Below the pieces are notes generated by a model. That model did no database searches. It had not been told where the DNA came from and saw nothing but the letters and a program-made list of their open reading frames with translations. From Neoechinorhynchus agilis (lineage: Eukaryota; Animalia; Acanthocephala): a DNA stretch of 64,000 nt. The position numbers and the translations under genes were made by a program. Of the stretch, positions 54,170 through 64,000 are shown in pieces (the first letter of the stretch is position 1; each line of letters opens with the position of its first letter). The stretch is from assembly GCA_051530055.1 (NCBI GenBank), contig CM121341.1, positions 5,496,784-5,560,783 of the forward strand, given 5' to 3'.

Positions 54170-56191
54170 TGTGACTTTTTATTTATTTCACATGTAAACT
54201 GTTGTACTGTTAAACGGATAAAATTTAATTGCTTGAGACTCTACTGAATCCTAAATGAAGAATAAGAGAGAGAAGGAGAGTAAAAGCTGAGTTTGGGCGA
54301 TCTCTAAGCTCCTCAATATTCAAAATTACCGTTGAGAATCAAACATTTCTTTTTGTCCTTTTCGGTCATTTTGCCAAATAAGACTAGTAAACGACCACTT
54401 TTTTTATTTCACATGTAAACTGTTATACTGTTAAACGGATAAATTTAGTTGCTTGAAACTCTACTGAATCCTAAATGAAGAATAAGAGAGAGAAGGAGAG
54501 TAAAAGCTGAGTTTGGGCGATCTCTAAGCTCCTCAATATTCAAAATTACTTTTGAGAATCAAACATTTCTTTTTGTCCTTTTCGGTCATTTTGCTAAATA
54601 AGACTAGTAAACGACCACTTTTTTTATTTCACATGTAAACTGTTATACTGTTAAACGGATAAATTTAGTTGCTTGAAACTCTACTGAATCCTAAATGAAG
54701 AATAAGAGAGAGAAGGAGAGTAAAAGCTGAGTTTGGGCGATCTCTAAGCTCCTCAATATTCAAAATTACTTTTGAGAATCAAACATTTCTTTTTGTCCTT
54801 TTCGGTCATTTTGCCAAATAAGACTAGTAAACGACCACTTTTTTATTTCACATGTAAACTGTTATACTGTTAAACGGATAAAATTTAGTTGCTTGAAACT
54901 CTACTGAATCCTAAATGAAGAATAGGAGAGAGAAGGAGAGTAAAAGCTGAGTTTGAGCGATCTCTAAGCTCTCAATATTCAAAATTACGTTGAGAATCAA
55001 ACATTTCTTTTTGTCCTTTTCGGTCATTTTGCCAAATAAGACTAGTAAACGACCACTTTTTTTATTTCACATGTAAACTGTTATACTGTTAAACGGATAA
55101 ATTTAGTTGCTTGAAACTCTACTGAATCCTAAATGAAGAATAAGAGAGAGAAGGAGAGTAAAAGCTGAGTTTGGGCGATCTCTAAGCTCGTCAATATTCA
55201 AAATTACCGTTGAGAATCAAACATTTCTTTTTGTCTTTTTCGGTCATTTTGCTAAATAAGACTAGAAAACGACCACTTTTTTATTTCACATGTAAACTGT
55301 TATACTGTTAAACGGATAAATTTAGTTGCTTGAAACTCTACTGAATCCTAAATGAAGAATAGAGAGAGAGGGAGTAAAGCTGAGTTTGGGCGATCTCTAA
55401 GCTCCCATCAATTACTTGAGAATCAAACATTTCTTTTTGTCTTTTCGGTCATTTTGCTAAATAGACTAGAAACGACCATTTTTTTTGAAACTGTTTATGT
55501 AACGGATAAATTTAGTTGCTGAATCTATGAATCCTAAATAAGATAGAGAGAGATGTTTGGGTTTTTTTTTTTTTATTTCACATGTAAACTGTTATACTGT
55601 TAAACGGATAAATTTAGTTGCTGAAACTCTACTGAATCCTAAATGAAGAATAGAGAGAGAAGGAGAGTAAAGCTGAGTTTGGCGATCTCTAAGCTCTCAA
55701 TATTCAAATTACTTGAGAATCAAACATTTCTTTTTGTCTTTTCGGTCATTTTGCAAATAAGACTAGTAAACGACCACTTTTTTTATTTCACATGTAAACT
55801 GTTATACTGTTAAACGGATAAATTTAGTTGCTTGAAACTCTACTGAATCCTAAATGAAGAATAAGAGAGAGAAGGAGAGTAAAAGCTGATTTGGGCGATC
55901 TCTAAGCTCGTCAATATTCAAAATTACCGTTGAGAATCAAACATTTCTTTTTGTCCTTTTCGGTCATTTTGCTAAATAAGACTAGAAAACGACCACTTTT
56001 TTTATTTCACATGTAAACTGTTATACTGTTAAACGGATAAAATTTAGTTGCTCGAAACTCTACTGAATCCTAAATAAAGAATAGGAGAGAGAAGGAGAGT
56101 AGAAGCTGAGTTTGAGCGATCTCTAAGCTCCTCAATACTTAAAATTACCGTTGAGAATCAAACATTTCTTTTTGTCCTTTTCGGTCATTTT
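54170..56191. repeat. Tandem satellite, about 219-bp unit, about 9.5 copies, with a degraded centre (about 55350-55750)
   Basis: TTTCACATGTAAACTG recurs with CATG at 54191, 54412, 54632, 54851, 55070, 55288, 55581, 55791 and 56010. Confidence 0.95.
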
Positions 56192-56879
56192 GTTGGGTTG
56201 AAAAATGTTATATTTTGTCCGATTATCTACAGCGTATTTCTGAGTGACTGGAGTTTTTATTTTTCTGATTTCTCACATTCGAAATTGAACATTGTACGAA
56301 ATAAGATGTAAACCACAATTAGTCAATTTGAATGTTTAGGGTCATTTGATTTATCGCACAATAGCATAAAGGAATTTAAAGGAAATTCCAAGATGTTTTA
56401 GTCGCAAATCTAATAGAGTTCGTCCGTTTATATCAATGGCCGAGTTGAGAAATCGAATATTTACTTCATTAAAGAAATTTATCGTTCGTAACCGGTCCGC
56501 CCTTTCACAATTTAAATCTATAGTTGCTTTAAAAATGTTTAAGAATTGAAGTACAAAAACGCTCGTTGTTGGTTGCAAAGAGTATTTTTTAAAGAGCTTA
56601 ATGAGGAAACTTGAAATGTTTCATTGAACCAAATGTTCGATCAGAAATCTTGTGTAAATGTAATTAAAGCAATTTGGTCCTATTTATAACCAGAACTCAT
56701 TCTACTAACAATTTCAAAGTTCTCGTGAATCACAAACAATGCCATGCTTGTGAAGGTTGATATTCATTGTTATGACTTTTATTGAAAGAAACATGACTAT
56801 CGTGACATTTCCCAACCAAGTTCCATATAGTGCAAAAACTTTTTTTGTAGTTCATAACATTTCTTTTCTGCTTGTAAAT

Positions 56880-57379
56880 ATGGAACCGTTAGATCTTCAA
56901 GCTGAATATTTCGCGGATGTACGCGGTAAGTAATTGAATGATAAACTTTTTAGTGATTTTATTGGGTTTTAAGTTTGCTGGGCACGGATGGGTCTAAATT
57001 CTGAGTTCGACAGTTCATTTGGGTCAAGTCTATGGGCAGTATTTTTCGCTACCACTTTCATTGGGTCAGCAATCATCGCTCTATTAATGATTCTTATGAA
57101 AAAGTCAATTCCGAAGGAGGGAGAAAAGGAGCAAACGGTAAGAATGTCGAAAATGAATAACTTCATTATATTACATTACAGCCCGACCTTTCATCACAAA
57201 TAGACAACATTGTGAATCTTGAGTGGCTCATGGACGCGAACCCAGAATTACTTGGGACTGTGAATGAAGAAGTTTTGAAAATGTTTGAGAAGTGTTTCGG
57301 ACAAACGATGACCGGAGAAGGGGACAACAATAATGAAGGAGAAGAAATTGTTAGTAATGAACAGGAAACTAAACATTAA
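56880..57379 (+). CDS. Small single-pass membrane protein, probably 3 exons
   Basis: ATG at 56880, canonical GTAAGT..TAAG intron, TM helix LWAVFFATTFIGSAIIALLMILM; second junction ambiguous. Confidence 0.5.
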
Positions 57380-58074
57380 ATAAGTCGATATCCATTTTGG
57401 CCAACATGAATTGTTCATAAATTATTGCGAAATAAAATAGTTATTGATCAGGCAGTGAATAAAAAGTGCTGACGGCACGGAATCAAACATTCAGGTAAAA
57501 GTTGACCTATCTCTTCATAGTAAATTTTTTACGGCGTATCAAACTCCTTTATGGCGTTCGGGGATTGTTGCGCTATCATTTTCGCAAGGTAATGAAAACC
57601 CATTAAAAACGAACATTTTTGAAATGGTACGAAATCAACGCTCAAAATTGAACTCTATCTCAAGTGTCCATTGCAAAAATCAAACCAAAATGCTCAATCG
57701 ACAAAAAAATAATAATTTCGAATCCGTTGAAAATTACTCAACCGTCACAAACCGAATTCAATTTCTGAACGCGAATTGCCTTTTCAGCTAAAAGAAAACT
57801 TTAAAAAAGGAAACTCCCAAGAAAATCCAATTATGTTTGACGTTTCGTTTATCACCGTTGTCTTGTCCATGAAATTGAGATGTTCAGCTTATAGGAACCT
57901 CAACGTACTTTTGGCGGCACCTACCGAGAGTGGCCTCTGCTAAAAGCCTCTTACGATACCAGACAATGAACTTTAACGTAAAATGATTGCATATTTCGTT
58001 ACCGTGGTTGAAGTTTATCGGCCAATAACTGTGTAGATTTATTTTCCGTCGAAATTTCTTAAACATGTTGGCTC

Positions 58075-61000
58075 TCATCGTTTCGGGGAGAACGATAACT
58101 TCAGTCCTTCCGACGAAAATCCAATCTCAGCGACTTCGCACACAGTGCACACTGATCCCCGGTACTCTGGCAAATAGGAGGATCCACAAAATGAGCAATT
58201 AACACTTGGATTGTTTTTATAAATTGGCACAAATGATTTAGAACAAACTTCGAATGGATTCCAAGGATCGTAGAGTAGAGCGTCCGGAACTTCAGTTGCC
58301 TTCTGATCACAAAGACTACTTATATTTCGCGCTTTTTGTGCAAGATCAGCCGGAGGACCAAGCTCAAGGAGCCTTTGAGCACAAATTGAAGCCGTCCTGT
58401 AATATCCATGCTTGTAGCACATGTTCAATGCGGTTTTTATCGCCAAAATGTTGTGAGTGCGCTGAAGATTACAATGACTGAAGTAAAGAGCTAATTCACA
58501 AAGTCTCTTGACATTTACGTTTGACTGTTTTGCCATTGAACGGCGCTCAAGTTCCATGTGAATGCCTAAGACGTAATTCCGACACGTTTCTAAAAGGCTG
58601 TAAACTTGTTCGATTATATCAAAGCGAGCGTAAACTAGTGGAATCGATATAATGATTGATTTGAATGCTCTGGCAGCGTCCATAAATTTTCCATCCGTCA
58701 TTAATGCGTAAGCATTCTTTAGATTCTGCTCACAAAGACCGTTAATATCCACCAGGCGCTTGGATAGACTTAAAGCGACCACTGACGGTTGAGGTAGTGC
58801 CGAGGAGATAACGAGACGACATCGCTTGTATTTTTCAGTAAATGCTGAAACGAACGAATTAGGATTTGTGAGCCCAATTTGGCACACGAGTTCACGGAAT
58901 GCTTCCTTCGATTTTCCGTCAATGACAAGGTTCAGTAGAGGACTCAGTGAAGGCGTGTGTCCAAAGTCTCGGGATATTAAAGCCGTATCACACTCCGATG
59001 TTACTAACCGAATGTCATCCTGAGTTGCGATTGATGGAATGTTGTCTATTGGCACCGGACTCTTTTTTTAAAAGAGCATAATTTTCACATAAATTGGTTA
59101 AAATTGAAGGGCGGGAGCGAAGTGAGCATTAAAGGTTCAAGAATAGGAACGCCAAACGAGTCCGCTGCCCTAAAGCATCATCTGCATCCCATCCACCTAC
59201 TAAACTATCCCCATCGTTCTTTTCTATATTTCCTCCATCGCTATTTTCGCGTTCTTCGTCTGTATGTTCACTATCAGACCATTTAGAAATCAATCCACCA
59301 GCGTCAAAATGCATAAAGTCGTCGTTGGTGTTAAAAGTAGGATCACTTGGGACGGAAGTTGTCCATACTTTCTTAGATGATTCGAACGCGAGTAGTGGCC
59401 AATCCATGGTCATTGGAGATATGGCAGTCAGTGGAATAAGACAAGTTGAATTTTCAAATTCAAAGTCAGGAATTAATTCTCCTCTAGCTGTGATGTCGAG
59501 CATGATTTCATTAGCAATATTATCCAATTTATGCGTCTTTGCAGTAATGTAAGCGAGTGCTAATTGATTAGACGACCGAAGTATTTGAATCCGGCCTTCC
59601 AAATCACCCAACATCATGGCCAGTTGGAATTGTGCGCCCTTGTCACCCATGACAGTGGTTACCTTTTGTGCTGTTGTTAATTTGTCTTTTCGGCCAATGA
59701 GAGTGTAAAGAAACGATAGTTTGTCATGAGCTTTGAGCCTTTGAAGCGATTTTTCCAATGTGATCAATGCCATTCGCTCTTGTGAGATCTTTGAGAGTTT
59801 GGTCCAGCACGGAATGTGGTCTTTCAGGTCCCCTCGTTCGATATTGGACACAATTTTAACAGCATGATCCAAATCGCCTGATTGGAGAGCAAGCGTGAAC
59901 TGAGTTTGTGGATCGGTGACAAACTGTAAAGCGAGTTCAGGGTAGTTCTTTTTTGTCAGATATGAAATCATGGATTTCCCCATTAAACAATTTTCTCTTA
60001 GAGCACTCATGACCTCATCGTATCGTTTGCTAACGAGTGAGAGCTTTAAGTTAGCTTCACTTAAATTTACGACTAGTACCCGAGGTAAAATGCTTCGATC
60101 GAGGCAGAAAAGGGTTGCTTGACTACCGTTACTTTGGATAACTTTTGTAAGGTAAAGTGTGACATCCACCGTTCTAATAATTCCAAGATCTCCATCGTTT
60201 AAGTAGTCTTGTTTGGTCAACGCGTATTTTATATGGTTTGCAGTTGTGTAAAGAAAGAGCTCGTTGTCAGCCCACACTCCGGACTTTATCCGACACATCT
60301 CTTCAGCTACTAACCTTGAACTCGTAAATTCTCTATCGGCGATTTGTATTTTGTTCTTGCTTACGAGAGCAACAAATTGAAAATCAGGAGACCAGTATAC
60401 GTGTTTAAGTCTTTGAATCTTCAGTGTACCCACATATTTAGAGTCTTGACAGTTGTAAAGATGGACACGATCCTTTTCACGTAAAATAACATGGCCGGAA
60501 AATGCAGAGAAAATTTCCTGGCAAGGTCGGTTTAAGACAATATTCCTAATGGTTTCCTGTCCAGACTTAATTATAAGATTATTATTGCTTAAAACGGCAT
60601 AGCGTGATCGAGATATCCACACGGCACAAGTTCCGATCGTTCGAGCTGGTTTCTGAGCATTCTCAGCGTCAAGTGGACTGGCGGGTATGGTTATAGATTA
60701 AAGCTTACGTTTTTTTTCATGATGCATTTGTAGTAGAATTTCAAAATTTTAGAATCCAAAGTAGCATTTTAAAGAAGAATACAATTCTTTTCTAATATAT
60801 TGAAGAAAACGGCCAAATAAGCGACGCTTTAATCATTATCGTATAATAGTGGTCATTAGCACGTTCGTCCGCAGTATACCGACAAACCAAGAGAGCTTCT
60901 CTTGTGCTTTCATTATACGAGAGACTATAAGGTCGAGCAGAATCACTAATACCGACTACAGTTGACAGGGATATATCTTTACTTTCCTTAAAATTGAGTC

Positions 61001-62054
61001 TTCTTAATACTCCTTCCTTTAGATAGAAGAGATAATTATCGTATACGCAAAACGCTGGACGTTCTCGGTTCAATTTAAAAATTATAAATCCTGCGTCATG
61101 TCCAGCGGCGAACAATTGAAGACTCGGATGCTTAGCGATAATCCAGAAACGGTCATTGTCTCTTCTAACGGTCTGAATGCAAGTTCGTTTGTTGAGAGAC
61201 CATATTTTAAGGCACTTGTCCTCCCCAATGCTGATGATTAGACTTTCTTGACCAACTGCAAACACAACACAGGAGATGCTGTTAAAGTGACCACGGAGCG
61301 TATCAGCTTCCCAGGCCTTGGTTTCGTTCATCCTCCAAATTTTTAAGAACCTATCATCTGCCGCCGATACAGCAAATGGCAGTGTAGGATGAAACGCTGC
61401 CCAGTTGACGCCTCTGCTGTGGCCCTCTAAAACGAACCGAACTACAGCATCAGCTTGACCAAACAACTCGGGAGCCGATGACGGAGACAGTGAAGACGAT
61501 GGATCCGTTGCATTGTGAAGCGAGGTTGCTGAATAGACGTTCTTTCTACGAAGTCCACTAATGTCCCAAATCCTCACTGTTTGATCCAGTGAAGCGGATA
61601 TTATAAGATCTTCACTGGGATGGAATTGAGCACACATAACGTAGTGATTGTGGCCTGTCAATACGCAAACACACGTTCGTGATTGCCAATTCCATATCCG
61701 GATGGTCTGATCGTCGGATGCACTTACAATCCACGGATAATCACTGTGGAAAAATGTCGTCCGGACGTAGTCCAAATGTCCGTGGAGAGTAAACAAACAT
61801 CTTCGTTGACTTACATTCCAAACTTTTACTTTGTAATCATCGCCACCGCTCACAAACAGAGGTTGGTGACCATGAAAATCAATTCCACGAACCGGTCCGT
61901 CGTGCTCTTCAAAACGATCAATCAATGCACAAACTCTGATGTCCCAAAGCTGAATTTGACCCGTATGGAGCGAGGCCAAAATCCATGGTCGAATTGAATG
62001 AAAAGAAAGACCTTTTACACGAGCAGACTTGGTTTCAAACTTGGTCAGCACCAT
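58075..62054 (-). CDS. COPA: Coatomer subunit alpha, three coding blocks separated by two atypical insertions
   Basis: [21 protein letters not shown]40 repeats, [35 protein letters not shown] and [10 protein letters not shown]. Confidence 0.97.
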
Positions 62055-62189
62055 TTCGTTGTTTCTACCAACCCCTTCTAAAGGGAATAATTGCGAGCTG
62101 TTTTTAGTGGTGATTCTTCCATGTTTTGACGAAGTCTACTAATAAAATGTTAACCGATCGAAACGCCTTTAATAAAAAAAATCTCCGGA

Positions 62190-62545
62190 CATGAAATTGA
62201 GAAATCAGTCGATAATCCATGAACTAATCTGTATAATACCGTCAGTGATTTAGCGACCATGAAGACCACAAAAAATTTGCTTTTAACGGCGTAAATTGCT
62301 AAATTAATCGGAGTCGAAAAGATAACATGAAATTGAGAAATCAGTCGATAATCCATGAACTAATCTGTATTATTAAAGTCAGTGATTTAGCGACCATGAA
62401 GACCACAAAAAATTTGCTTTTAACGGCGTAAATTGCTAAATTAATCGGAGTCGAAAAGATAACATGAAATTGAGAAATCAGTCGATAATCCATGAACTAA
62501 TCTGTATAATACCGTCAGTGGTCCACTTAGCGACCGTGAAGACCA
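62190..62545. repeat. Tandem repeat of about 136-137 bp, about 2.6 copies, upstream of COPA
   Basis: ATGAAATTGAGAAATCAGTCG at 62191, 62327 and 62464. Confidence 0.9.
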
Positions 62546-62989
62546 CCTTGGAGGTGCTTGCCGTCTCAACGCGTGACAATTTCGTCAAAAATTTACTTCC
62601 TAGAGTTTAGCTGATTATTAGGCGTGCGAAATGGCAATGTACAGTTTTCTAAAGTTTCTAATCGTCTTTAGATCAAGATGCGACGAATAATAACACGTTT
62701 ATTGATAAAAATGCAAGGATTAGGAGGACCCATTTGCCCGTTTGGATCCTCATAAGCATTCAAGTTCAGAATAGTTCAAAAAAACGCGTATCCGTTAAGA
62801 TGGGAATATCCAGTCGAGGGATGTCCGTTCGGGTGGTAATATCAGGTTGGAGGGATGTCTATTCGGGTGGGGACGGTTCGTTCGGGTGAGGATGTGTCCG
62901 TTCGATTGAGAACATTCGGTCGGGTTGGAAGATCCGTTCTGGTGGGCGAATTGGTGTTTATTGTTCTACTTGGGTCTTTCCTCAGAATA

Positions 62990-63480
62990 ATTTCAGGTTA
63001 TGATAATCGAAACCTTTTTTCTCGGTCGAGTGCTAAAAAACATACGCCTCGATTGATGCGTTCGAAATCAATTTCGTCTCAACGAAATCCGGAATCGGTG
63101 GTAGAAATTGTGGTTCAACAGTTGATAGGCGTTTTGATTGCTTTATGAAATAACATCAAGGCATTCGGTGAGAGGGGGAAGTCAGCTGTGACAATTTTAG
63201 ATGCTCTTTTATGAAGCATTTCAAGACGCGGATCAACGATTTGGATGGTTGCAAAATACGGGATAACCGTACTTTAGGGACGGTAAAATAAAGCAGAAGT
63301 AAAATTTGTAGAGATCTGGTGAAGGGATTCCTAAATATCGGTCGCGTTTGAGGTACTTTTTAAAGGCGTTTTGCTTGAGGGAGAGGATGATGTGCGGGTT
63401 CCATTTCAAGTTTGATTGAAATTAGATACCCAGAATTCTTAGGGAGGTTACTCGTAGGATGTAATTTAGAAGCTCTGGGG
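62990..63480 (-). mobile_element. Degraded CR1/L2-type LINE RT 3' region
   Basis: LRILGI.FQSNLKWNPHI..KYLKRDRYLG..LYKFY..ILPSLKYGYPV; resembles the 42090-42760 relic. Confidence 0.65.
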
Positions 63481-63575
63481 ATGATGTGGGGTTGCAGGAG
63501 AGAGGGGATAATTTCGAAGCATGAACAGTTGCGCACAAATTAATTTTAATCGATTAAGGCAATCTCGTGTTTAAT

Positions 63576-64000
63576 TTAATCAAAGACAACATTATAACCG
63601 ATAAGCACTGCTGCGGAGCTAAACGACGAGAATAGTCTGTTCCCAATGATGGATAATTCCGGGATAATACTAGCGGCTTTAAAGGAGGCACTGGCGAAGA
63701 TTGAATTTGAATTGAAGAAAAGAATGAAGGCATAGCTAAACTTGTTTAGACAAATGATCAGTGCTAATTCGTGAACGATACCGGACACGACAAACACCAA
63801 AGTACCAGCAGCCAGTCTACTGAAGCCGAGTTTTCCAGTGAAGGGTACGTAGATCATATCTTTAAGATACCGATGAACCGGTTGATTCCATCGATTCCAA
63901 TATTGCATCAAGTGTTCAAAGTTCCACCATTCATAGTAGAATTCACGATCGAGCTCTCCAGTTACTTCTGCCATGAAGTTCATCAGAGATTGGAATGTTA
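63576..64000 (-). CDS. MBOAT acyltransferase (DGAT1/SOAT-like), 3' part; truncated by the window edge
   Basis: DREFYYEWWN..YWNRWNQPVHRYL and VFVVSGIVHE (catalytic His) motifs. Confidence 0.85.
   Translation of the reverse strand, partial: TFQSLMNFMAEVTGELDREFYYEWWNFEHLMQYWNRWNQPVHRYLKDMIYVPFTGKLGFSRLAAGTLVFVVSGIVHELALIICLNKFSYAFILFFNSNSIFASASFKAASIIPELSIIGNRLFSSFSSAAVLIGYNVVFD

Overview
AT-rich, gene-dense animal nuclear DNA, probably bilaterian (cadherin and a Prop/UNC-42-type homeobox gene); most introns are 42-60 nt GT-AG. Recognisable genes: TACO1-like, SWEET, HROB/MCM8IP, a short cadherin, a GT31 galactosyltransferase, tRNA-Ala(AGC), Prop/unc-42, NOP16, ABCC4-like, a SUR1-like GT32, a BAG-type ubiquitin-like protein, VAT1, COPA and a partial DGAT1/SOAT. 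There are also RTE, CRE, Penelope and CR1/L2 retroelement relics, several foldback/MITE-like elements and two satellites (about 174 and 219 bp units). Main discovery: seven conserved genes (SWEET, HROB, cadherin, GT31, ABCC4, VAT1, COPA twice) carry eight 49-377 nt insertions. For these, GT-AG splicing either fails to restore the frame or gives a clearly worse protein. Each insertion is closed by a terminal inverted repeat lying a few nt inside the inferred junctions, and several are flanked by an in-frame TA duplication. This suggests a second, structure-defined class of intervening sequence (hairpin/TIR introns of MITE origin, or IES-like DNA inserts) coexisting with canonical introns. Protein identities rest on my recall of family motifs, not on database searches, and the exact junctions are inferred.
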